NCBI RefSeq assembly: GCF_964204865.1
Contig: NC_135250.1
Location: 19,220,001 to 19,284,000, forward strand
Source of the DNA: Styela clava
Lineage: Eukaryota
DNA: 64,000 nucleotides
Direction: 5' to 3'
The notes under the pieces: generated by a model
What the model was told of the DNA's origin: nothing
Databases searched by the model: none
Seen by the model: the letters and a program-made list of their open reading frames with translations, nothing else
In this document: positions 12,695-25,505 of the stretch, piece by piece
How the letters are laid out: each line of letters starts with the position of its first letter
Numbering within the stretch: position 1 is the stretch's first letter
Made by a program: the position numbers and the translations under genes

Positions 12695-15600
12695 ACGCCG
12701 AATTTAATGCGGTAGCGTCAACAACATTATTTTTGATCTAATAATTGCAAGTTTAGAGATTAGTCGGACGATTTTAAAAACACTTTCACGGACGGCGGTA
12801 AAACGCTGATTTTAAAATATCACAGTAATATTATGGTACTGGAAAAAACTTATTCCTCGTAACATGCCCGAATCGCAGACAAAGTACTTGTGGATTTAGT
12901 TATTTCAGTAGTTGGGAGCACGCCTGTCCTTATACCGCAGGTTCCAATCCCACGAGAGAGAATTAGAATTGATATAGAAACTTCGCCATCGCAGGTCTTA
13001 TTTACATCTATAGCTTCAGAATTTTGGCCTTCTTGTAGGCAAAATAGGTGATGCGATATCTCCCGTACGAAACTTCGAGGGCTCGCAATTTTGTCTATTT
13101 ACCTGCTGCAGCGTATGTTACGAGTAGCTGAAATAGTCTCTCCACAAGCAGTTGGCACTACGCAATAATCCGCATCTACCGTTACGTCGGTATAATATCT
13201 CCAAATAGCAACATGGATGAGCCACAGCTTACCCTATACAGAAGAATACTTTATTATTTAATCTAATCCTTATACACTTGAATAAAAACTTGATTTCATG
13301 TTCATCTATCTCATTCTTTTTTTACACCTTCCACGTACAAAAACCAGAGAGCCATTTTAACTTATTCCACCAATACCGTGTTATTGATTGAATAACTGAA
13401 AATGACTAATTTACATACCTATGACTCTATCCACAGACCTACAACAATTTTTAGTTGTTAAACCTGGAGAACCATCTCAGCAGTGAACAAAACAAAGAAT
13501 TTGAGGTCATGTGATGCGGGCGTGATTTACAGGCGTTTTTTAAGGTGGAAACGCACACAACGTTAACCTCTCGTGCAAATAATACTCAGCTTTATGAATA
13601 ATGGTAAACAAAGATTCGATGGTATATTCTGGACTGAGATGGGACTTCATACTAGTCTTAAAGGTCGCGTTTTCTCACAAATGACACAAAACCCTTATAG
13701 GTATCGACTTCAGACTCAGACTAATCATACATAACCAAGAAAAATACTATTAATTTTTAGATGACCGCTCTTGATTGCAAAAACATCACTTTATATATAA
13801 ATTTCATGGTAGAACTAAACAATCTCAAATGGAACTCTTCAATTTTTAGTGTTATTGTCTACTCTCATGCCTATACCCTAGTATTTACCTATAGTATTAC
13901 CTGGGCATCGCTATAACTAGTTTAGGTCACTAGCTTCAAGTCAATATTTAATGAGTACCTCTCAGAGACAAGTGTTACGTTACGCAACTTGAATATTAAT
14001 TATTGCTTTATAAATATATAGTAATTTATTAGTCTTTTGTATTTATTGAAATTATTTGTTCTGTGTAAATATAAGCTTATGGTCTCATATGATGCCAATA
14101 TGAGGAAATAGTGTTCCCTGGATACGAGATATATATGGACCAGGCCTACGCAATTATAATTTTAGAGAGCTGGCATCTGCGCTTGAGTCGTCACCGCCCG
14201 GAAGGAGTCTGTATTCGATATATTCGTACACCCCGATTTTGCAAAGTTATTAAAAATAAATCCATCATCACAATAAGTCCATCACAATAAGAAGATTTTG
14301 CCATTATTTGTTTTGTCATTGTCCGTTAGTTTTATGTTTCCATGTATCCTACAGTTACAGCTCATAGTTTCCCAGCAAAAATTTAACACTGGAAACAAGT
14401 TGATATATGACCACAGGCCAGACAAATTAAATACCTCATGATATAGATCACTACCTCTATTTATATTATCAAAGTTTTAATAAATAAAACTGGAACACAT
14501 TTAGCTGACGAACTAAGTTTTAGTAGAGGCTTCCTGATGCCAAATTTTTTTTGTTCCATCCATTAATTAAACGATCGACCGATTACTCTGTTATATCAGG
14601 TCATTTCGTGGCAATGAATTGGTATTAAAGGCGATGTTGAACGTATAGGTTTAATTAGGGTAGCGTGTACCTAACTACACATCCTCTCTCGCTGCCTTTG
14701 AGTTTTTTGTATATCTAGCTGGTATTGCACTTTTAAATTTGATTCTGCAACGGTTCGTCTGACTGGAATCAGATTTCCCCTGAGAAGCAGAACTTGAAGA
14801 AAGATTTTTGTTTGGACTTATCTCATTTCTACTCTGGCCTGTTATTACAGCGATGGTAATTATCTTAAGGTATTACCCAATACCCTAAATTTAGTGATAA
14901 TTATCTGTTATAGATTTACGATGTCTTCCCGAACGTTAAATCCAGCAAATATAGCTGTATAATATTCTGCTAGAAAATCTCAAAAGTGATTGTATGATTA
15001 TAGAGCAGCTATACATATAAAAGCAATGTATTACTTTGGCAGAATTTTATACATATTTTATATATGATAACAAAATCCGTGTTATTGGGAGCGTTTGAAA
15101 ACACCCGCCGTTCCCGTGGGAACCCAAAAACAAAACGGAACTATCAAGTCATTTAAATCACAATTTCACGGAAAATTCAATGTGTTTCTGTGTAACTCAA
15201 TGTAGAGTTCGGAAAATGATGAGTACAATAACAAATATTTGCCAAACCTATCTGCCTTTACGCTTTTATTCAGTCAAAGCTAATACGTTGGCGAACAGTA
15301 AACGAGTAACCGTGATTTGAGAATATTGAATGGGCGATAACGTAGGTCAATTACGACTTTGTGTTACAAGATCTCCAAATTTTGAATAAGTCTACGACGC
15401 ATAAATGCGATGAAAATGACCTAATACAGGATATCAAGTCGACTCCTGTTTTGTCCAATGTCCAGGATTTAATTTTATATGAGATACATGAATACGTTAT
15501 CACACAATAACTAAAAGTCATTCGTATATAAATCGTAAACCCTTTTCCAATTTCACTAAAATTTATCCTTCTGCGTTTTTGCCAATTTTGGTTTTCTGAA

Positions 15601-18600
15601 TCTTGTATTTCTATCGGAGGCTGTTCCATACCAATGAACTCTGAGCAGTATAGGAATAGCTGACACTAATAGCATTTCCCCTTATCTATCTATCACCTTA
15701 TTTTTGCATACTTCTCACATAATCAGGACAGAACAATTCACTGATAATTAAATTCACTAATTGAAAACGATTTTGTAGAATATTTCCTCAAATTGCTGAA
15801 AGCTTAAGGCTTTTATCATTCGATAATATGAATAGAATTTATAATTGTCTAACCCTCGATTTCGCATGCTATAATTACTGCCCATCATTTACACTTTTGA
15901 AGCTGAAGTGTCCGTAATCGTACTTGTCACAATTAACTGTCATTTACACTGATACAAATTCCAATTCCATCTCCCAGATCGTGACTGTGTCAGCAAATAA
16001 AATGAAGCATATTTGAATGGTTAATAGGAGTTATTATCTTATGCGTATACGTCATGTCGTAAACCTTCTGTGGTGAACTGAACACAAGCAATAAAACTCT
16101 TCACCCTCGTCAGAAACTGTCTGAAATATAAATGGCATCGATTTGAAAATGTTGAGTCCGACCTCTGAAAAGCTGGTAAAAATCACTTTATGTTATAACA
16201 ATTGAAACCTCAATGGTTATAACCCAGAGGAGAATGACAGCCTTCCTTAAATTTACTTTGTATCGGGCGTAGCATGTATTTTTAGTGATCCATTGGCACC
16301 GAAATGCTTTCAAAAATATGACATTTCCCTCTATCATGCAAGTTGTAGACTAGAATAGATCGTAAAAGCAAATGTCGCCGTAACGGCACACATCGGGTTG
16401 TTTACGACTCGGTGCGTCAATTATGGGTAACAATTACTAGCTAATTCGCATTCGCTGCTCTTCGAAGCTAATTAGGGCGTCAGCATGAACCCTAACCTGG
16501 TACACATACTATTTCCGGTGTCCGCCATCTTGGTTCACATACTACGAAATTATCAAAAATCTTCCTTAACTTTATGAAATGACTAGAACTGGTGTGCAAA
16601 ATCTCTAAACTCCGATGATGGCATTGCCAAGCAATGGCTCTACTTTCAACGAAACATTTGGAAACAAATTTGACTATGAATAATTTGTTACGTTAAAATA
16701 AGCAAGTACTAAACTGATTAACAGCTATAATAAATACCAACCGAAGTTACAATTCACGAACACTTCGGCCTGAAATATTATAATTATAAAATGGCTTCAT
16801 GCGTGCACTCAGTTATTTCCCATAAACCATCCATCATAAGATCTCTTTTGTGCATCAATACATTGTGTCTATACTCTTGATCATACATGTATGTATGTAT
16901 ATTCCTGAGAAGCGGGCGCAAAATGTGGACAATTCAAATAGTATATATTTTCAACTGTACTACTTCTATTCCAAATTTGTGGCCATAAATTTCATATATG
17001 GAGACGAGGGTCGCAGATTCGATACTTATTCTAGCAATGAGCACCAAGTTTGCTGACACAATCGGCGGACACAGTGTGACGAAGGCGACCTAGCGGGGCG
17101 GAAAAGAATGTTTCTCATTTATTAAAATAAAACAGCAATATCTTGATGAAGATCGGATCCAGCAGAATTTTGAAGAAATAATAGCTTCCCAGCGCTCCAG
17201 ATATCTTTAAATACAGAAAATTTAAAACAGGGTGTTTTATTGGTTGCAGAATATAGCTATTTTCCAAACAACCAAAACAACAATATTAATAACAACATTA
17301 TAGCAAAACGTCCACTTGGTGTCCAATAATAAAAACCATATACGTCGACTTGGTGGACTTATATCTGAGAGAGAAGGAAATTGTAAAAAAGGGGATCGAA
17401 GCGCATTCAAAATGCTATGCAAAAACTCAATTGAATATTTACTCAAATGTATTTTTCCACTTTCTTTTCATTGATTCCATATATTTATTTTATCCAAATT
17501 ACTGGCGCATAAGGTACTTTCATTCTCTGATATTTGAGTTTGGTTTCTTGTTTCGAGAACATAATGATTGTAGGAGTTGGGAATATTAGGCCGCACCGTA
17601 TTCACAATACTTCCCAGAAATATCTCGTTAAAATATGTTATAGATAAATCAAGAGTAGATATACAGAAGTTATTGAATTTTTTGGAAAAAATAGACGATA
17701 ATGCTTCGACGCGAAACGTTACAGGGAATAGACCGCCTTATTTCTTTCACTTGATATTTCAGCCAATGGTCACAATAGCAGCATGCTGTTTTATAACATA
17801 TCATCTTCATACTTTTGCTTCGTTCAAGTCTCATTTCAAACATAAACATTTTCTATGGAAATAGAATACCCAATTTCTCTTGCTATGGAATTTTGAAACG
17901 CAACATTCGATTTTTTTCTTGATATATGCTACGTGATAAAAGAAATACAAGAACCGCCCGAGCCGGCTCTTTTTCATGTTTTGTTTTTAAAGACTAATTA
18001 TGACCTTGCATTACCCGTCAAACTTCAAAACCTAGACGAAAAAGACCAATTTTCAAGTTGCAGATACTTCCGTAAAATTATCTCAGTTGTTTCTTCAGTT
18101 TGAATTACATTCATGTAGACATTTGATGGCTACTAATGGCTATGTCTGATGGCTACGTCTGATATTTTTATATTACATATTCAAAGTCATTCGAATGTCG
18201 ATAATACAAACATTGTATATTCCAACATCGTCTAGATTAGAAGACTAGAATCTAAAAAAACTCGGTTATTTATCAGTCATTATTAGAAATCCCATCGATT
18301 TTACTATCGCTTGGTAGGTCATGATAAAGTGATCCTGTTATATATCAGAAATCGTGAAAGGGTTTCTTGGTAACAATAAGAGATGGGCTTTGCTTAGGGC
18401 AATTCCGATTTTGAATCATAAACATTTCGAGATTTGCAAAATCGGACTAGGTTTTCGGAGATAATTTCCGACGGACTTGTTGATTTGTAAATCATTATAG
18501 GCCATGAATGATTCAAACGGAAGCAATATTACCTTGATTTGTCGAATTCGCAGAATAGTAAAAAAAATTACACATTTTGGATAAATGAAAAATTTCTGTC

Positions 18601-21600
18601 TGTCGTCGAGATAAGAAAACGTTGACCGGGGCCTATCGCAAATCGGAAAATGCAATTACAAGTTTCAAGCTCCTACTTAATGCATTATATATTAGTCTCA
18701 TAAATCTGGTCCGTCAAGGAAAACAAAAAACACTTTTTAGAGAAAATTTCCAGACATTAATTTTTCAAACTTTTGGTTTTTCACGCGTTCATTTTATAGC
18801 ATGATTACTCGTGGATCATATGTGACCCTGTATATATCGGGTCTATTTTCTATCCCACGTTTGATTAAGTATAGATAAAAAGTTATTACCAAGCAAGGAA
18901 AACCATATGCTAGGAATGGAACTCTGCAATGATTATATTTCCCTCTTTTTGAAACAGAATGTAGATCTTTAAAAGATTATTTCTGACATAAACTGTAATC
19001 TAAATTTCTTATCTGTCACTTTTCGTGTCGCCTCCCTTTAAACTAAATTATTTTAGCCCTCTTAAACTTTCAGGTGAATTGTGGCACAAATTTAATTTCC
19101 GATCTCCGAAAGCGACAAGTCAATTTGAGCTCTCTATCTTTCCAACAATCAAGATAATTTTTTAAACGAATTATTTACACCAAAAAGTCAAAGCGATGTT
19201 TTTGACTTTCAAATTCTTAGTTTTTGTTTGTTCAGGTCAGCATTTGTGGTTTATTATATGTATTTTTTTATGTATTTGCTTTAAAGTAGATAGATGCTTC
19301 GACAAGATGACCCAAAATAAACGTTCGCCAATATTTGAAAAAAAAATTGTTTGAGTGAATGTAGATGTGATAATTATACCAAATGGCAATTTATGTATTT
19401 GGGGCTTGAATATAAAAAACATATATAATTGATAGAAAAACATAACTTCATTAGAGAATAAATACTCAATACTTGCTTTTGTCAATATGCCACAGGAGAT
19501 AAAACATAAATTTTATCATATTTTTGCAAAAAAAATTTTGATTCGTCCAAATACAAGTTGCCCTAAATCCATTGAAAAGTTAAGTAACAAAAAATGCCAG
19601 ATTGTTTTTTTTTCAACTTTTCTTTAATCATTCTATTTCAATGAATAAGATTTAGCATACGTGAAACATTCACGAAAGCCATGAGACCATAACTCACTTA
19701 ACATAATGTTATCAATCTCTTGTGAACATTTTCTTCGTTCACTCAATTAATTTGGATTAAAAGCGGATAACGAGACGATTAAAAGTCTTTAATCGATGTA
19801 AAGTATTAGCGCATAATGGACGTTAGGAAATATTATGATCCAACATATGCTATACATATGGTAACATAATTTAATTCCTTATAATTAAAATTGTATTTTA
19901 TTATTGTCCTTGTTGTTAATAATAATATTTTAAAATTAAAGCAAAAATCGATTTCTATTACATGTTCTACAAAATAAATCAGTAAATATAACTGTATTGA
20001 ATTAGATATTAAGTCGGAATTTGGCCGTTGCCGCGGGTGCTTTGTATCGATAAAAACATATACTGGATACTACTTATTTCCAGTAAAGTTGCTTTTGTTT
20101 TACATAGTATATGGATTGGATCCATTAGTAATGAAAATTCAATTGACGAATTGAACGGTTAAGGAAATCCCTGGAAGTTGTATTCGTCGCTCTAAATTTG
20201 TTATTGGAAATGTGTTATAAGCATTTAAGAGTACGAATTTCGTAATTCCAGGTTGGCATTCGAGAAAATGAAAAATTTCAATTATAGGAGTCGGGGACGG
20301 CTATGCAGACGTTAAAATCACCACATTCATAACTTGATAATATAAGCTCTACCCCCCCCCCCCCCCCCCCCCAAATAGCTAATCGAATCCCCAGAAGAGT
20401 TTGAAGTTAAAACAAAAATAGGCTTTACCAAATAAAATAAGTAAATCACACCCTAAATGCGCGTGACTAGAATAGGTTTACTATCAGAAATAATTACTTA
20501 TAATTGCGTAATGAAGAAAAATATTTTACCGGTTAGAATCGAGCCGTTTTGAAATTTAACCCGCACTCTTTTAGGAAATAATACCGTATAATGACGTGGT
20601 GATTTTTTTTTTATTATTATTAATGTAGTATCAACCTGTTTTGATAATTCCTGCTATGGTAGGAAGAAACAAGAAAATGTTTAGAATAGGAAATAATAAA
20701 GTATAAACAATAAATGAATAATCACAAAAATAGTCACACACCCCCAGGTAATGTTTAGCAATAGAAAAGTCGCATTGATGTGCTCAAAGTTATAGATATC
20801 GTTAGATGGCAGTTTCCAATCGATCCCAGGCAAAATTGTTAGGAAACAGCTAGGCTGAATTAAGTTAAACAATTCAGTAATTCGTAGATAATAAAAAATA
20901 TTAGTTGGCCTAAAAATCTTCTTGACAATTGGGGACAATGTGCTAAATATTCCTGAGTTATACCATTCTACAAGAGGCAATTTCAACAACTGGCACAAAG
21001 AAATTAAAACGAATTTAAATTAACTTTGTTGTTTCACACTTGCATTGATTGTTATTACGCAAATTATAATATATTAGCAAATCAAATAACTCAAATGAAT
21101 ATTAAAATAAAAATCAATACAAATCATCAACACAAATGCATTAGTTACTCGAAGGAGAGAAAGAGCGACTTTTTTCAGACACAAAATGGCGCCGACATAA
21201 ATACGCATGGTCCGTTCCTTGCAAATCAGATTATCTAAAATGCAGGGTATATCGATGTTGCTGTTCATTTGGAAATTGAGCAATAAAGACTGTATGGATA
21301 TATTGGAAGTTGACTATCAAACAAACATGAGGAAAGGGCTATATAAAGAATAAGTTAATGTCTTGTATTCTTTTTACAACATGCAATGCTCAGGTTAATA
21401 AGTAATCTTAAAAAACATCTTCGCAGTGTTTAGAGAAACGTTTCCCGTCCACGGAGGAACATTGCCGTTTTGGTGAAGGAATGTTGCTTTGTATTCGCTG
21501 TAGTATCACCAATATTTTTTTTAATTTTTTATTGTTTCTATAATACTTGTTTACAAACACATGATAAACTACTTGAACTGCTCAAAAATGGGAGTTTGGC

Positions 21601-21966
21601 TTGCGTATAACACTGCGAGGGGTCTATCAAGATTGAACAAATAAAGTAGTTTTATGCATACTGAGGGCGGAAAAAAGAATTCCGAAATAGAAAAAGGAAT
21701 TAAACTAAAACGGTTGATTTGGAGCATTGCGATTATGGATTGTTTTTAATACTCTTGATATTGTTTTAACTGTAATTACACTGTCTTTACATTTTATAGC
21801 ATCCCTATGAGAAATTGCCTCAGATGATTCAAAATCCATGATATAATTTGGAATTGAGCTTAAGTGAAATATTATATATCGTGTATATTACCGTGTACTA
21901 ATTTGAACTATAAAATTTATATTTCATGTTTACAGCACGATATTTTATTTTTCAAATAATATTACT

Positions 21967-24260
21967 ATGTCACTATCCAGCGCTAATGCTGTTGACACGG
22001 CTGGGGTGGAAAGAGAGAGCCATGCTATTTGGAAACCTATAGATTTGTCTCAGTCTTCAAAAGCGGTATCAATACATTGGGAGTCAACCAGCTATGGAAA
22101 CTTTCCACGGAGAACCGAAGAAAAAACAAGCCAACAAAAGGTTCTTAAATTGACCACCCCTAGTGAAGAAACACGAGATATTTGTGGAAAGCACGTAAAA
22201 GGACATGTTTCGGCAGAACCTTCTCCAACAAAACAAAAAACGGAATTAAAGTTTCGGAAATCGTATTCGTGTGACGATATATCGACGATAGGGAGAGAAA
22301 TCGCTAAGGAAAAAGAAACATCTACGTTCAAAAGTATGGACAATAGTAACCCCATAGAAAATTCCGAGGAAATACGTGCAAAACCTTCTGCTTCAAATCA
22401 TCCTATGCCTGTGCAAAACGAGATCAACCTCGAGAATGATTCTATAAATTTCAATACACAAAATGCATATTACCTTGCATCATACGAACAGTACATTCAA
22501 AAAATGCTACACTCTGTAAACTTGCCAGAGTACAATAAAACAGAATTCTATCGTCAACTAATGCTAACAATGTTAATGAGTTATACCCAAGATCCCAGAA
22601 ATATTAACTCGTTATCCACGGTTATTAACCCGTTTGCAATGGCCCAACAACCTGAAAAAATTCAACAAGAATTACACAATAAAGTGCTTGCATCATCAAT
22701 AGAAAAATATTCTGACACAAGATATGTCGCGAGAAAGCGGAGTTTGATAAAATCGCCACACAACGAAACTGATAATGACGAAGAGATAATAGTTGATGAA
22801 ACAGTGGAGCAATATGGAAACAACACAAATTCTAAAGGAAACAGCCAAGACAAATATTACAAGCGCCATTTTAGCAATCAGAGTAACGAACCAAAAGAAA
22901 TTCAACAAACAGACGACCAAATGGACACAATTAAAAATCAAGGTATTTTTAGAAATGGCACCAGTCATATTAAGATTGAAACAAAGGATGATCAAGATAC
23001 AACGAGTTCAAATCATTTGATGCCCATTCGCAGTGAATATAATCACCAATATTCCAGAGAGTTTGATGACACAACTTCAATGGCTAAAAGTTATACAACA
23101 GGAGGACGTAACCAGCATACTACACAACGTTCCGAACAGAACTGGTTCAAAAATTCAGTCATCGACAGACATGAATACGAAAAAAACAGTGAGTAATTTA
23201 CCCTAAATTTCTTAAAAACCAATTCGAAGTTTCAATCATTTTAAAATATAGTATTGGAATGGTATTGATAATTATTTTTGTAGAACATATATATATGTCA
23301 TTTTCAACATTTCTGATGAATATTTGCACAATTACAATGATGGAAGAGAGCTTTAAGGTCTAAAAACCTGGATTTATGTTAAAGCTGAGATTTTCATCAA
23401 TGGTAATACTGTATTTTAATAACCCAAATATTAATATTTTTCAAATTTCCAGAAAGTTCTCCAGAGAAAAAACATCGGAGAAATCGAACGACGTTCACAA
23501 CATATCAACTGCATGAACTAGAAAAAGCTTTTGAAAAATCCCATTATCCGGATGTCTATAGCAGAGAAGAACTAGCAACAAAAATTAGATTACCAGAAGT
23601 CAGAGTACAGGTACGCTTCGTTCAAATTTCCACCATTTTATCCGTATAGTCGCAATTTCGAACAAAAACTGATTTATGAGACTGAGAATGTTAGGGCCTC
23701 ATTGAGGCTAAGATTCACAGATATAATACCACATTGACAATGAGTCTTATACATATGTTGTTTATATTTCAGGTATGGTTTCAGAATCGACGGGCAAAAT
23801 GGCGTAGACAAGAAAAAGTAGATATCAGACATACAGTTATGGATTACGAAAACACTACTCATAGATTGAACAGTAAGCTGTCGTATTATGAGAAAGACAC
23901 AATCAAATTTCGCGTTTATTTCTTTTCAGGGCTCTTCTACTGCCATTAATAGCATTTTATAAATTCATGGAATGCACTGAATGTTTATGAATATATATGC
24001 TGTACGGCTTGCCCTCAAATATCGTATAAACCCTTATTCAAATGAAGTTACGCACTAGAATAAACTATTATCTTATAGCTTAGATTAGTATCAGATAACA
24101 TCATTTTATTTCAATGTAAGTATTATCATTTAATATGAAAATAAATTGTCACTCTTTCCATTTAGCAACTTCTCATTTTCAAACGCCAAGGAAGGATACA
24201 GCGCCACTTTTGCTTGCTTCTAACGGTGCCGGATTTCTTCTTCAAGCAGCCAAGCAATGA
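21967..24260 (+). CDS. Rx: Retinal homeobox protein Rx/Rax (PRD class, Q50). Exons 21967-23188, 23453-23610, 23773-23872, 24166-24260; the last exon is less certain
   Basis: The spliced homeodomain reads [48 protein letters not shown]|[15 protein letters not shown], diagnostic of Rx, with the typical PRD-class intron between Q and VWF. All junctions are GT-AG and in phase. Confidence 0.95.
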
Positions 24261-24684
24261 TGTGCTGTTCAATATTGTGACGTAAAGACAGAAAGACGAA
24301 AATTCAGCGTGTCGCTTTTTTATTTAAATTCATTTGTTTTGTAAAATATAAAGTTTGAAAAAAAGTGTTTTGTTCTATTTTTACTAAGGTAATCTGACGT
24401 AGTTGGGAACGAACGCACAGTGCCTTCCAATATAACCAAATTCACCTACATCTGTTTTTCTAATTATAATTCAATTGTTGACTCGTTAAATAAATAGCTG
24501 TTCTCAATAAAATCTGTTTCCTAAGGAATATAATCTACTCCTCGAGCATAGATTATAATATTAATTAATTCATCGTCAAAATCGCCGTTTTGTCGCTATA
24601 ATTCAGTGAAGCGTCGCGGGCCGGATTATTTTACTCCGCGGGACCTAGCTCTGAATTTTAAGAACGATTTCAATATATAAGTCC

Positions 24685-24973
24685 TCCCCTTAAAATAAGA
24701 CCTAGTCAATAGCGCGAATTTTTTTTTACCTAATCGATAGCAATAAATCTCTCCGACACGTTAAATGATTAATCTAAAACGTGTGAGAGAGGAAAACGTG
24801 TCATTTAAGTAAATTGATATCGGTTTTCATATTTGAAAATCTCGTAATTCTCTACTTTGTAATTTTGTTTTTGATGAATGAAAATAAAAAACATCACCCG
24901 AAAATAAGCCCTAGTGTTATTTTGGAAAGAAAATTGAAATAAGACACTGTCTTATTTTTGGAGAAACACGGTA
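24685..24973. mobile_element. Tc1/mariner-pogo (Tc2-like) non-autonomous remnant
   Basis: Repeated aaaataag(a/c)c subterminal motifs and a right end gtcttatttttggagaaacacggTA typical of these MITEs. Confidence 0.5.
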
Positions 24974-25505
24974 TATGTTGTATGGTGCAAAGTAATCAAG
25001 GAAAATCAAAAAACGTGTGGTAATTTAGATTGGGACAATACAAACAATAACAAAACAGTTCGAGCATCGCTCGCAGCTCCTCACCAAACGCGGATTCCGG
25101 TTGTCAGTATCGTAGGAGTGAGGTGGGAGTTCAATAGGCTAATGACAGCACTTTGTTCGGGTGATGTCAAATAAAAACAAGATGCGCTTAGATGTAGTTT
25201 TACGAAAGTGAGTTTATGTGTGGTTTAAAAACATTGTACTTGCGAAAGGCGTTCCTGTTCGTGAAAGCAATCAGCAGCTTCGCAGTCATAGTCAGGCAAA
25301 TTGCCCAAAACTGTATAAGCAAAGGTCAGACGTCATAATCTGTTCTGAGGGATTGCTACAGATCTTCCAGTGAATCACCACCTTAAGTACTTTAATATAG
25401 CTATTTTTATATATACATTACAGTTTTTACCCGCATTCTTTTGTTTAAAAGTCTTGAGTTCAATTTGCTAACATTTTAAAAATCTTCAAGTATCAAAGAC
25501 AAAGG

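Noticed and set aside
8024-21283. Numerous 60-105 aa ORFs in the interval upstream of Rx
   Set aside because: AT-biased, often non-ATG starts, no domains and no consistent exon chain.
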